Notes under the pieces: model-generated
Databases searched by the model: none
What the model saw: the letters and a program-made list of their open reading frames with translations, nothing else
What the model was told of the DNA's origin: nothing
Position numbers and translations under genes: made by a program
DNA from: a phage
Sequence record: PZ386980.1
Reading direction: 5' to 3' (one strand)
DNA length: 64,000 bases
Part shown: positions 51,546-60,012 of the stretch, in pieces
Layout: each line of letters begins with the position of its first letter
Numbering within the stretch: position 1 is the stretch's first letter

Positions 51546-52292
51546 TTATCCTCGGATAAGTTTAAAAATTGAACAATTTAGCGGGTATCCTCTTTTCAGT
51601 TTAAGTTTATCAATAAAAGACAAGTTTTGATACCGCTCTACACCTTGAATAATTTTATCACACATATCATATTGCATTTCTGCTTCTGACAACTTTTTCA
51701 CAATTTTCCAATCCGAGCCTTTAAGAAGAACGTTCAGTTTAACAACTTCAGCGCCTTCTGCTATGCGAGAACCATCAATACGAGCTTTAAGTGCTATAAT
51801 CCTTAGCTTAATGTCAGAGGTCTGTTTTGATTTAGAAAGCTGAGAAATGTGTTCAATTCGATTTTCACGCTTTTTCTGTATAGCTTTAATTTGATTATAA
51901 GTCTTTTTGATTTTAGCCCATTTCTTTTCATCTAAATTTAGTTTATGAACTTTTTTCGCAGATGAACGACCAATTCGCAAAGCAAATAAATCCCGTTTTT
52001 CAATCAACTCTTCTAAAGTATAATCAGAACGAAATGTATTATACTTTTTCTTTACTGCAATAACATTCCCTTTAATGTATCCAATGTTATTATCAAAACG
52101 TTCTAATGATAATTTCTCTCCTTCAATACGATTATCAAAAGGTTCTCCTGAATAGGCACAAACTTTTTGATCTAAAATGTTCTTAATGTAATTGAAGTCT
52201 AAGTTAAAATCTTTAGAACGTCTTTTTGCAGATGCCTGAGTGTGCTCTAAACGACGTTTAATTTTACGAATTTGATTATTAGACAGTTTCAT
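51546..52292 (-). CDS. hypothetical basic protein (248 aa), position of T4 srd
   Basis: track ORF; early promoter 52328-52357 upstream; sequence not individually recognised. Confidence 0.5.
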   Translation of the reverse strand: MKLSNNQIRKIKRRLEHTQASAKRRSKDFNLDFNYIKNILDQKVCAYSGEPFDNRIEGEKLSLERFDNNIGYIKGNVIAVKKKYNTFRSDYTLEELIEKRDLFALRIGRSSAKKVHKLNLDEKKWAKIKKTYNQIKAIQKKRENRIEHISQLSKSKQTSDIKLRIIALKARIDGSRIAEGAEVVKLNVLLKGSDWKIVKKLSEAEMQYDMCDKIIQGVERYQNLSFIDKLKLKRGYPLNCSIFKLIRG

Positions 52293-52327
52293 ATTTTTCT
52301 CACATCTTACGGACGATTGACTACTAT

Positions 52328-52357
52328 ACTATAACATTTTTACCTTAGCTTGTAAAC
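52328..52357 (-). promoter_or_regulatory. T4-type early promoter upstream of srd-position ORF
   Basis: minus strand GTTTACA-agctaaggtaaaaatgt-TATAGT. Confidence 0.6.
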
Positions 52358-52414
52358 AACTTTATGTAAAAATGCTTTAAAAATTTCATGGTATAATGAA
52401 TCTAAGTCCTTCCA

Positions 52415-53017
52415 TTATAGATTAAATCCTTCAAAATCAAGAGTATAGATAGTGTATGTTGAATACTTTTTATACTCATATCTATCCGCAATTCTAAATA
52501 CACTTCCAGCTGGTATCATTACTTCTTGTTCATCTGAAACTAATTCCATATTACGATAACGATGGCTATCCGGAAACTTAAAGTTTGGATTGTATTCTTT
52601 ACAGCGTAGAGCTTTTATAGCATACTCCTGGAAATTGAATACCATAGGAGCTTTGAATTCAAAAATAACCTGTGTGTTATACTCTAAACCGGAAGCAAAA
52701 TGTAGAGCTATATTTTTATCATATGAAGCTGATACTACTTTATCAAATGTAATAATATCAATTCCTTGATTTAACACTTGCTTAGTCTCGACTGGAACAC
52801 CTCTCCAAAGAGGTTTATCGTTTGGAACCAAACGAGATTTGATTATTTCATTTAACCAAGAATGGTCATCTGGTTTGTTGGTAATACAATGAATTAAAAG
52901 TTCAATTTCAGATAAATTAAACCCTTCAGAAAGCAATTCTTCACGAATAGAAGCACGCACCGATGCATCCATTGATTTTATTTTAAAATCTTTTAGTTGC
53001 ATTACTGAGTATTTCAT
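52415..53017 (-). CDS. modA: ModA ADP-ribosyltransferase
   Basis: 200 aa; size, order (modA then modB) and sequence consistent with recalled T4 ModA. Confidence 0.75.
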   Translation of the reverse strand: MKYSVMQLKDFKIKSMDASVRASIREELLSEGFNLSEIELLIHCITNKPDDHSWLNEIIKSRLVPNDKPLWRGVPVETKQVLNQGIDIITFDKVVSASYDKNIALHFASGLEYNTQVIFEFKAPMVFNFQEYAIKALRCKEYNPNFKFPDSHRYRNMELVSDEQEVMIPAGSVFRIADRYEYKKYSTYTIYTLDFEGFNL

Positions 53018-53637
53018 TCAACTACCTCAATATCATAAACTTTAAATGTTCCAAATGAATCGTGTAATTTTTCTTTTGAAATAGAATTTATTTTATACTT
53101 TCCAATTGGAATCATCCATTCTTGTTCATGTACAATCATCATTAAGTTATCAGTTCTTTCTGAATCTAACCCATCAGTATCTTCATACGTGTACTTAAAC
53201 TCAGTATTAGGAGAAGAAAGTATAATATCGCTGATATGGTCAGAATAATTAAAAGCTTTATCAGTTTTTAAACGAAGTATTGTTTCAGTGAAATATTCAG
53301 CATAAGAAAAAGAACACGCTGTATGCAAACTAGTAGTAAATGAATCTACCCTGTTCGTTGAAAACACTTCTCCAACCTGTAAATCTTTAATAAGTTCTTT
53401 TGTCGATTTTGATATACCACGATATAATTGATAAGGCGATTTAGTTAAATGCTTTTTAATGATTTTATTCAACTGTCTGTGAAGAGCTTCATTCTTTTTG
53501 GCTTCCATACATTGCCAAAGAACAGACTGCTCAAAGTCAGTAAATTTTTCACAGACTTTTTTATACATATCATATTGAAAATCAACGCTTTCAGCTTTTA
53601 TAGATAACTGTTCAACATCTGCAGGATTAATAATCAT
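53014..53637 (-). CDS. modB: ModB ADP-ribosyltransferase
   Basis: 207 aa; adjacent paralog of modA; early promoter 53664-53693 upstream. Confidence 0.75.
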   Translation of the reverse strand: MIINPADVEQLSIKAESVDFQYDMYKKVCEKFTDFEQSVLWQCMEAKKNEALHRQLNKIIKKHLTKSPYQLYRGISKSTKELIKDLQVGEVFSTNRVDSFTTSLHTACSFSYAEYFTETILRLKTDKAFNYSDHISDIILSSPNTEFKYTYEDTDGLDSERTDNLMMIVHEQEWMIPIGKYKINSISKEKLHDSFGTFKVYDIEVVE

Positions 53638-53663
53638 GATAGCCTCCGTATACTTCAGAAGCT

Positions 53664-53693
53664 ATCATATCATCGTTAGAAAGGAAAGTAAAC
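53664..53693 (-). promoter_or_regulatory. T4-type early promoter upstream of modB
   Basis: minus strand GTTTAC-18nt-TATGAT; 27 nt to modB ATG. Confidence 0.55.
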
Positions 53694-53704
53694 AACTTTT
53701 TGAA

Positions 53705-53887
53705 TTATTTTGCCCAGGGAGCCCAAGGCGGAGGGTCAAGATGGTATGAAGCTAGTTCTTCTAGAAGAGCATCTGGGGCTTCAATTCCATAATTCTGTAA
53801 TACTATACGGTACTCTTTCTTATAATCACTAGAATCATTCTGGATATTCGTAGAATGATTATCTTCTAACATCTCAAATAAATCCAT
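53705..53887 (-). CDS. hypothetical protein (60 aa)
   Basis: track ORF. Confidence 0.45.
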   Translation of the reverse strand: MDLFEMLEDNHSTNIQNDSSDYKKEYRIVLQNYGIEAPDALLEELASYHLDPPPWAPWAK

Positions 53888-53895
53888 ATTAATTC

Positions 53896-54378
53896 CTAGC
53901 GATAAAAACCAAATTGACGATTAGCTTCAATAATCTTTCTTTCTTCTTCGGACATTCTCCAGCGTAGTCCAACATCAAAATGAGCCCAGACCATCTTAAC
54001 AAATGCATTTATATCTTTAATATCTTCAATAATGAATGTTTTACTTTTAGAAGGTTGACCTGCTAAATTAAGTGCTAATTTAACGTTATCATCTTCAAAC
54101 AAGTCAAAAAGACCATATTCATGAGCTCTTTTATAGCCTTTAATAGTTAAAGCTTCGGAAGAAGAAAACGGTGAATCAGTATTCTGTAAAATATCTTCAG
54201 TATGCTTTATAATTAGAATAACATTTTCTGGATATTTTCTTTCTTTTATATCTTTAATTAAAAAATCCGGATTTTCTGCTAAAGGAATAATTAATGAGCA
54301 TTTTTTATCAAGTGTATTTACTGATTTACCTTCTTTGGACATAAATTCTATTGAATAATGTTTTGCTACTTCAATCAT
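53896..54378 (-). CDS. hypothetical protein (160 aa), position of T4 mrh
   Basis: track ORF. Confidence 0.5.
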   Translation of the reverse strand: MIEVAKHYSIEFMSKEGKSVNTLDKKCSLIIPLAENPDFLIKDIKERKYPENVILIIKHTEDILQNTDSPFSSSEALTIKGYKRAHEYGLFDLFEDDNVKLALNLAGQPSKSKTFIIEDIKDINAFVKMVWAHFDVGLRWRMSEEERKIIEANRQFGFYR

Positions 54379-54535
54379 GTGATTTCCTTTTGCCTACTAA
54401 TGGACCGTCAGGAATTTTATTTTCCTGGATATACTTCTCATTTTCTTCCATCATTTTACTGCCAATTTTAAGAAGCAAATCCAAGGCTTCATTTGCTTTA
54501 GCCTTTGCCTCTTCTAACGTCATATCTTTGGTCAT
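54371..54535 (-). CDS. hypothetical protein (54 aa), not in ORF track
   Basis: ATG overlaps upstream stop (ATGA); [54 protein letters not shown]. Confidence 0.4.
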   Translation of the reverse strand: MTKDMTLEEAKAKANEALDLLLKIGSKMMEENEKYIQENKIPDGPLVGKRKSHD

Positions 54536-54735
54536 GATTTATCACCATAGATGTCTCTCATCAATTTAAGCGCTGAGCGTTCTAATTTCTTTTCTTTCTC
54601 AGCACTAATCATTGATTTCATCCATTCTTCCGATTCGTTCTGCATTTCTTTATTTGCTTGTTCAACCCAACCATCATCAATATACATTGAGTTTGGTCTA
54701 TTGAACCATTCAAGAATCTTCTTGAGAGCTTTCAT
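54532..54735 (-). CDS. hypothetical protein (67 aa)
   Basis: track ORF. Confidence 0.45.
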   Translation of the reverse strand: MKALKKILEWFNRPNSMYIDDGWVEQANKEMQNESEEWMKSMISAEKEKKLERSALKLMRDIYGDKS

Positions 54736-55207
54736 TTATTTTACCTAAAACAATAGTATGGACACCGTCAAATTCATGAATTTTTAGCAAATTTGGATTT
54801 AAATTATTCCATAAAGAAGTAATAAAATATGATAACGCACTTTCGTCCGTAATTATAAATTTATTTCCTTTATCTATTTTCCAATCATATATTGAATCAT
54901 ATGAATAGAAGGATAACGGTTTATTATTATAATATGCTTCAGCAACATCAATATAGTTAGATTTAGTAAATGCTTGAATTGCCATAAATGGAGAATTTTG
55001 TACAGTTTCAATAATTCCGATCTTTTTAAGTTTTATTTCAACATCTTCTGGAACTGGCATTGAAATAAAATCTTCTACTAGATACATGTTATTGTCATAT
55101 CTTTTGTCAATCATTACTGCTACGGTAATTGGAACATCCTTGACAAACGCCATACTAATACTATTGATAGACATTTCAAACAAAATCGCTTCCATAATTT
55201 TCCTCAA
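54710..55207 (-). CDS. hypothetical protein (165 aa)
   Basis: track ORF. Confidence 0.5.
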   Translation of the reverse strand: MRKIMEAILFEMSINSISMAFVKDVPITVAVMIDKRYDNNMYLVEDFISMPVPEDVEIKLKKIGIIETVQNSPFMAIQAFTKSNYIDVAEAYYNNKPLSFYSYDSIYDWKIDKGNKFIITDESALSYFITSLWNNLNPNLLKIHEFDGVHTIVLGKINESSQEDS

Positions 55208-55548
55208 TCACAAGATGTAGATGAACAACTAGAATCACAAGAACTTCCACATGAATCGCCCGTCCATACATGAACAGGAACATTAGTATCATATGAATCA
55301 GAACTAGATTGTGTATTCTGTGTGTTAGATGATGTAGTAGGTGTTGACCAGCGCCAAGGATTTTTATAATATTCTTGGGCTTCTTCATAAGTCATAGTAA
55401 CTGCTTCTACTGTTCCATCTCCCATATAAACATACTCAACTACAGTTAAAGGAAGGTAGTTATTTGAAATAGGAACTACACCTTCCCCAGGAGTCGTAGA
55501 GAAAAAATCCGTAAAGAATCTTTTAAACCATTTAAAGATAAACATCAC
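55204..55548 (-). CDS. hypothetical protein with Ser/Thr-rich linker and Cys-rich C-terminal tail (114 aa)
   Basis: track ORF; C-terminus ..[43 protein letters not shown]. Confidence 0.5.
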   Translation of the reverse strand: MMFIFKWFKRFFTDFFSTTPGEGVVPISNNYLPLTVVEYVYMGDGTVEAVTMTYEEAQEYYKNPWRWSTPTTSSNTQNTQSSSDSYDTNVPVHVWTGDSCGSSCDSSCSSTSCD

Positions 55549-55757
55549 AAAAATCCTCTTTGAAATTCGACTCTTTGAAATCCATCCCAGTCAGTATATC
55601 GCATTTCAGCATTGAACTCGACTGAACCATCCGCATGCATCATGAATGAATGCGTGACAACATCACAATCCCAGCTTTTCATACCCCATTTATCAGAGAT
55701 AGCTTTATCAAGAACCTTCTGAAGGTCTTCATTTGGTTTAATCCAACGATTTAACAT
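55545..55757 (-). CDS. hypothetical protein (70 aa)
   Basis: track ORF; GAGGAG RBS; early promoter 55784-55813 upstream. Confidence 0.5.
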   Translation of the reverse strand: MLNRWIKPNEDLQKVLDKAISDKWGMKSWDCDVVTHSFMMHADGSVEFNAEMRYTDWDGFQRVEFQRGFL

Positions 55758-55783
55758 AGTGTTCTCCTCTATAAGATATTTTT

Positions 55784-55813
55784 ATTATACCACACTCATT
55801 TTGACATGTAAAC
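55784..55813 (-). promoter_or_regulatory. T4-type early promoter
   Basis: minus strand GTTTACA-tgtcaaaatgagtgtgg-TATAAT; 27 nt to ATG 55757. Confidence 0.6.
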
Positions 55814-55821
55814 CATAAAAT

Positions 55822-55846
55822 GAAAAAAGGAATCCCGAAGGATTCC
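55822..55846 (-). terminator. rho-independent terminator after soc
   Basis: minus strand GGAAUCC-UUCG-GGAUUCC followed by UUUUUU; 10 nt after soc stop. Confidence 0.7.
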
Positions 55847-55855
55847 TTAAATTAT

Positions 55856-56113
55856 TTAACCACCTACACCTGGTGTAGGTGTAACAGTCCAAAGACCTTC
55901 ATTAGCAGTGATCCATTCAGTACGCTGATTTTCTTCATATACTGTAGAATATGCTGCTTTTTCAGAAGGGAATGTCTGATAATGAGCACCAGAAATTTTG
56001 TGAACATCAGAATAAAGAGGGAAAGCTACAGAAATTTCTTTACCCTGAATTGTACCACCATCAACTGTTTGGTCAAATGTTTTAATATTAACATAACCGC
56101 GAGTACTAGCCAT
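55856..56113 (-). CDS. soc: Soc small outer capsid protein
   Basis: 85 aa; MASTRGYVNIKTF..KEISVAFPLYSDVHKISGAHYQTFPSEKAAYSTVYEENQRTEW.. matches recalled T4 Soc; late promoter TATAAATA (rev) at 56144-56151. Confidence 0.9.
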   Translation of the reverse strand: MASTRGYVNIKTFDQTVDGGTIQGKEISVAFPLYSDVHKISGAHYQTFPSEKAAYSTVYEENQRTEWITANEGLWTVTPTPGVGG

Positions 56114-56143
56114 GTAATTCTCCTTTTATTTAAATTACATGAT

Positions 56144-56151
56144 TATTTATA
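56144..56151 (-). promoter_or_regulatory. late promoter of soc
   Basis: exact TATAAATA on minus strand about 31 nt upstream of soc ATG. Confidence 0.65.
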
Positions 56152-56181
56152 ATAAATTCTCGCGGCTTTTAAGACGAGCTG

Positions 56182-56700
56182 TTAATAACCTCGGTCTTGA
56201 CGTGCGAAATTTTCAGCATTTTTCAGGTAATAAAGTTTAAAGATTTCTTCAGCTGTAAGACCAAGACCCTGGAACATATTCAGAACGAAATGGAGAATAT
56301 CAATCATTTCAAATTTAATTTCCAATTGGTCTTGTGGAGACAAATCAGTAATCAGAGTTTCACGGCGTTCACCATGCTGCGACTTCCAAGGCTTCCATAC
56401 AGCAGATGCATCTTTTTCACCATTGCTCATACCACCAAGAGAAGTCAGAAGTTCGCGGAATTCATCATCAATATAATCTTTCTGATTACGCAGCCAATCA
56501 ACAACTTCACCTGCGGTAGCCAAATCATCAGGATGACGGTTATATTCAGGTTTATCTTTAGCTAAACGAACCTGTAGAGATTTCTGCATATCAAGCATAA
56601 CCTGCAGCGGGTCTTTTTCATCACCAAGAATATCCCAGTATTCATTTTGAGCTTTATCAGCGCCTTCAATCAGTTGTGAACATTCGTTAAAGTAAGCCAT
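56182..56700 (-). CDS. 56: gp56 dCTP pyrophosphatase (dCTPase)
   Basis: track ORF 56182..56793 trimmed to ATG 56700 (MAYFNECSQLIEGADKAQNEYWDILGDEKDP..); MotA-type promoter upstream. Confidence 0.88.
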   Translation of the reverse strand: MAYFNECSQLIEGADKAQNEYWDILGDEKDPLQVMLDMQKSLQVRLAKDKPEYNRHPDDLATAGEVVDWLRNQKDYIDDEFRELLTSLGGMSNGEKDASAVWKPWKSQHGERRETLITDLSPQDQLEIKFEMIDILHFVLNMFQGLGLTAEEIFKLYYLKNAENFARQDRGY

Positions 56701-56734
56701 TATTTTTCCTTTCAATTCATGGGTTAGTAGATTA

Positions 56735-56758
56735 ATTATACAATAAATATATAAAGCA
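56735..56758 (-). promoter_or_regulatory. MotA-dependent middle promoter candidate upstream of gene 56
   Basis: minus strand MotA box aTTGCTTTAt then 11 nt then TATAAT; about 35 nt upstream of gene 56 ATG. Confidence 0.5.
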
Positions 56759-56771
56759 ATAAGGAGGACAT

Positions 56772-56972
56772 ATGGTACAAAAATTAATGGCACTTGTTAA
56801 TGCCATCAAAGGTAATAAAAAGCGTATAGCTTTTACTATTTCTGCTATGGTAGGAATTTTACTCTGGAACTTTATTTTATCACCAATTGCAATTGCGCAT
56901 GGTGTTAATATTCCAGTAGTTACTCTTGATACATTTGTAGATTTAGCATTTGCTTTAGTTGGGTTAATTTAA
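56772..56972 (+). CDS. small membrane protein (66 aa), plus strand
   Basis: AAGGAGGA RBS at 56761-56768, ATG 56772; two hydrophobic segments; convergent with gene 61. Confidence 0.5.
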   Translation: MVQKLMALVNAIKGNKKRIAFTISAMVGILLWNFILSPIAIAHGVNIPVVTLDTFVDLAFALVGLI

Positions 56973-57997
56973 ATCTTAGCATATTTAGATAACCGCATTT
57001 TAGCCATCAACCCCTGTGCAATATTATTTTTCATATATTCCATAATTTGTTCAGGGGTTGCACCTTCCTTTCTAATCATATCATTAACATCTTTTGATTT
57101 CCAGGGAGATTTATCCCAAAACATAACCCTTTCTCCTGCATCAACTAATTTAGTCATTCGTTTGATAGTGTCAGGGTGACGAGGTTCATTATCTAAAACC
57201 CACACACGTCTATCTTTAAATGGAACAACTTCTAGGTCTAATTGACCACCTGTAATAGCTATACCATTTTCAATAAAAAGTGAATCTATAGGTCCTTCTA
57301 GAACATATACATCACCATCTTTAACTCGTTCGACTCCATAGATTTTTGTTGCTTCAGGATAAGCTTTGATAGTGATATATTTTTGGGGAGCATCTTTCTT
57401 TAATGCACGTCCTTGAAAAGACTCGGCTTTTCCATTAGCATTATAAATTGGAATAACAAGACGAGGCTCAGAAATTTCCTTTTTGTATGTTCCCGGTGCT
57501 ATGCTATTAACTAATTTAGGCCATTCAGTTGTAAACCAAAGATATTTCCATTTATCCTTTGGAATACAACGAGCTTTTACATATTTTATAATTGGATGGT
57601 CTTCCGCCAGTTTATCTAATCTAACACATGACGGAAGAGATTTAATCATTTTCTTCTCAGGTTGTTTAGGAAGTTCTTTAGGTTTTTCTACTGGACGACT
57701 TTTACCTTTTTCTTTTCTTATTTCAAAGATATACTCACGATATAAATCAGGTTCAAACTCCTTTAAATATATTCCGATTGGTGCATGATAGTTACAGTTA
57801 TAACAATGAATATTTCCTTCATTATTATCACCATAATACCATCCACGAGCTTTATTCTGGTCGGTTTTTGAATCTCCGCAAACAGGGCATCTAAACCGTA
57901 ATTTAAAAGTTGAACTATTATTTACTTGTGTGAATTTAGGTAAATGAGCCAATGCACGATACGCAAACTCATTATCAATCCAAGGTATTGATGACAT
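56969..57997 (-). CDS. 61: gp61 DNA primase
   Basis: 342 aa; zinc-binding CPVCGDSK..HCYNCNYH; matches recalled T4 gp61. Confidence 0.92.
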   Translation of the reverse strand: MSSIPWIDNEFAYRALAHLPKFTQVNNSSTFKLRFRCPVCGDSKTDQNKARGWYYGDNNEGNIHCYNCNYHAPIGIYLKEFEPDLYREYIFEIRKEKGKSRPVEKPKELPKQPEKKMIKSLPSCVRLDKLAEDHPIIKYVKARCIPKDKWKYLWFTTEWPKLVNSIAPGTYKKEISEPRLVIPIYNANGKAESFQGRALKKDAPQKYITIKAYPEATKIYGVERVKDGDVYVLEGPIDSLFIENGIAITGGQLDLEVVPFKDRRVWVLDNEPRHPDTIKRMTKLVDAGERVMFWDKSPWKSKDVNDMIRKEGATPEQIMEYMKNNIAQGLMAKMRLSKYAKI

Positions 57998-57999
57998 TT

Positions 58000-58164
58000 T
58001 TACTCTTCTTTTTCTTTAGATTCCTCTTTTTTCTTTTTAGGAATCTGTTCAGGACCTTTATTTACTACAGCACCTGATGTTGTTCCAGTAGAGATATTTT
58101 CAGGATTACCACCTGAATCTCCAGCTACCATATCTTCTTTAATAAATTCTTTATATGTTTTCAT
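58000..58164 (-). CDS. hypothetical Lys/Glu-rich protein (54 aa), not in ORF track
   Basis: MKTYKEFIKEDMVAGDSGGNPENISTGTTSGAVVNKGPEQIPKKKKEESKEKEE; fills the gap between gene 61 and the next ORF. Confidence 0.4.
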   Translation of the reverse strand: MKTYKEFIKEDMVAGDSGGNPENISTGTTSGAVVNKGPEQIPKKKKEESKEKEE

Positions 58165-58210
58165 ATTAACCTCTATTCATAAAAGCATTAAAAATTTGGT
58201 CATCAATAGA
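58162..58210. repeat. 49-bp direct repeat, copy 1 (gene junction module)
   Basis: catattaacctctattcataaaagcattaaaaatttggtcatcaataga; 3 mismatches to copy at 58520-58568. Confidence 0.75.
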
Positions 58211-58522
58211 TGGAATAGCAACCTTTTCGGCATCATTTAGCAAATCATTAATTTCATCAGATAACATAACACATGTGCCTTTATTTCCTGTAATTGTTAC
58301 TGCACAATTACGAACGTTTTCTTTATCAAATTTTAGGTTAATATTTTCGTAGTGAAAATCCTTTAATGCCGAATATATCTTTAAAATGAAATTGTCTTTT
58401 ACTACAATAAACCCAACCTCACTATTAAAACATGGTTCATGGAAACTGTAATAAACCTTTTCATCTATAAAATCGTATGAAATTTTTTCCATTTTTAAAT
58501 ATGAAAATTCAGAACTATACAT
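58166..58522 (-). CDS. hypothetical protein (118 aa), shared C-terminal module
   Basis: track ORF; C-terminus SIDDQIFNAFMNRG shared with next ORF. Confidence 0.5.
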   Translation of the reverse strand: MYSSEFSYLKMEKISYDFIDEKVYYSFHEPCFNSEVGFIVVKDNFILKIYSALKDFHYENINLKFDKENVRNCAVTITGNKGTCVMLSDEINDLLNDAEKVAIPSIDDQIFNAFMNRG

Positions 58523-58568
58523 ATTAACCTTTATTCATAAAAGCATTAAAAATTTGATCGTCAATAGA
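58520..58568. repeat. 49-bp direct repeat, copy 2 (gene junction module)
   Basis: catattaacctttattcataaaagcattaaaaatttgatcgtcaataga. Confidence 0.75.
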
Positions 58569-59165
58569 AACATTTACTTTAGACTGTTCTTCAAACGGTA
58601 ATTCATATCCACATATTACAATTTTGTGATCGATACCAAAATACACAGAAGCAATATGATTAATATTATTTTCAGTGAAATCTAAATCAACATCAATATC
58701 TTTTTGACTAACGCTCAAAGGATAATTAATACGAATAATTCGATTATCTTTAACAAAGATTCCACCGACATACTCTGTGTTGCGTTTAAAGTTTACACGT
58801 TTCCTAAATGAAAAATATTCAGGTTCTTTATGAGCCCGACTCATAGGACACAATGAGTAGCTAGAATAAGAGATGTCAAATCCTACACCTTCAATATGAG
58901 CCAACGTGTCATGATTAAACCAATTATAATCATATGCCAAATCCATTATATTGTAATATGTGAAAGGCACCGGATTAACATCATGTGTTGTACCTTTAAA
59001 ATCTGCCCAGGCAACGATTTCGTTATCTTTAACAATTACAAAAATTGTGCCAATAAGATATCCACGGTTATTTTCATCAGGCGTTATATTATAACATTGC
59101 GCATCAGGAAATTTACCGTATTTAAACGGTGGATTTTTGTGCATATAATAAATCATATTATTCAC
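58524..59165 (-). CDS. hypothetical protein (213 aa), internally duplicated, shared C-terminal module
   Basis: track ORF; two VKDN-containing segments (FVIVKDNEIV, GGIFVKDNRII) and C-terminus SIDDQIFNAFMNKG. Confidence 0.5.
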   Translation of the reverse strand: MNNMIYYMHKNPPFKYGKFPDAQCYNITPDENNRGYLIGTIFVIVKDNEIVAWADFKGTTHDVNPVPFTYYNIMDLAYDYNWFNHDTLAHIEGVGFDISYSSYSLCPMSRAHKEPEYFSFRKRVNFKRNTEYVGGIFVKDNRIIRINYPLSVSQKDIDVDLDFTENNINHIASVYFGIDHKIVICGYELPFEEQSKVNVSIDDQIFNAFMNKG

Positions 59166-59451
59166 CTGTGATTTCGGTTACGATATTTTTGTTATTAAAG
59201 TTTTTATCGCAATACAGAACATAATTATACTGCATTACACCACCAGACTTAAGTTGTTTTTGCACTTCAGCTTTCATTTTAGGACGATCGCGCTCAACAA
59301 TATTCATAATATCCGCTTCAATTTGAGTTTCAACTTCAGTCTGATCTGCAGTCATAGACCATTCACACAAGTCTTTATCATATCCTGCCATAGCAGGCTG
59401 AGCAGCACAAGAAGCCAAAGTAAAAATTGTAGCAAAAATAAATTTTTTCAT
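59158..59451 (-). CDS. sp: Spackle periplasmic protein
   Basis: 97 aa with signal peptide; MKKFIFATIFTLASCAAQPAMAGYDKDLCEWSM.. matches recalled T4 Sp. Confidence 0.85.
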   Translation of the reverse strand: MKKFIFATIFTLASCAAQPAMAGYDKDLCEWSMTADQTEVETQIEADIMNIVERDRPKMKAEVQKQLKSGGVMQYNYVLYCDKNFNNKNIVTEITGE

Positions 59452-59511
59452 GATAATCTCCTCAGTAGTTTATGTTTATATAGTATCTCAATTTCCAACA
59501 AAAGTAAACAG

Positions 59512-59811
59512 CTATTTTAAAACTTCTGCGTAATCACATGTTACAAACTGTTTCTCTAGCTTAACGATTTTACGAAAATACCTTTTATACTGACGAATCT
59601 GCCTCTTCGTAGGACGTACAGCAAACTTAATAAATTCCACTCGACCAAATGGAGGACTTTCTTCTGCTGGAATATCTAACACCAATTCCCATGTATCCGC
59701 AATAAGTGCTTTGAATTGAGTATTTTTCCTGACGTTATACGGAGTAGGTTTAAATAAAACAATATGCATATTATCCTCGGCAATCCACTTCGCACACTTT
59801 CTTGTCATCAA
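59512..59811 (-). CDS. hypothetical protein (99 aa), position of T4 61.4
   Basis: track ORF; 5' end overlaps dmd 3' end, true start may be internal. Confidence 0.45.
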   Translation of the reverse strand: MMTRKCAKWIAEDNMHIVLFKPTPYNVRKNTQFKALIADTWELVLDIPAEESPPFGRVEFIKFAVRPTKRQIRQYKRYFRKIVKLEKQFVTCDYAEVLK

Positions 59812-59953
59812 TGAAAGCTTTAACTAATGCTTTATTAACTTCAGCATATTGAGTAGTAGCCCATTGAACGTCATCTTTCATCATTGTGATTTCTTTAGTA
59901 AACATGCTTTCATTCTTAAACCACCCCATAAAAACTACCTTTACCAATTCCAT
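59771..59953 (-). CDS. dmd: Dmd antitoxin-like inhibitor of host RNase toxins
   Basis: 60 aa; MELVKVVFMGWFKNESMFTKEITMMKDDVQW.. matches recalled T4 Dmd; early promoter 59983-60012 upstream. Confidence 0.8.
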   Translation of the reverse strand: MELVKVVFMGWFKNESMFTKEITMMKDDVQWATTQYAEVNKALVKAFIDDKKVCEVDCRG

Positions 59954-59982
59954 AACAATCTCCTCATTTAACCAACAAGACT

Positions 59983-60012
59983 ACTATACCATAGTCTTGT
60001 CAGCTTGTAAAC
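59983..60012 (-). promoter_or_regulatory. T4-type early promoter upstream of dmd
   Basis: minus strand GTTTACA-agctgacaagactatgg-TATAGT; -10 sits inside a 9-bp inverted repeat 59975-60000. Confidence 0.6.

Noticed and set aside
54351-54569. 72-aa plus-strand track ORF
   Set aside because: Antisense to a compact, translationally coupled minus-strand gene array; no RBS; the minus-strand 54-aa ORF 54371-54535 explains the region better.
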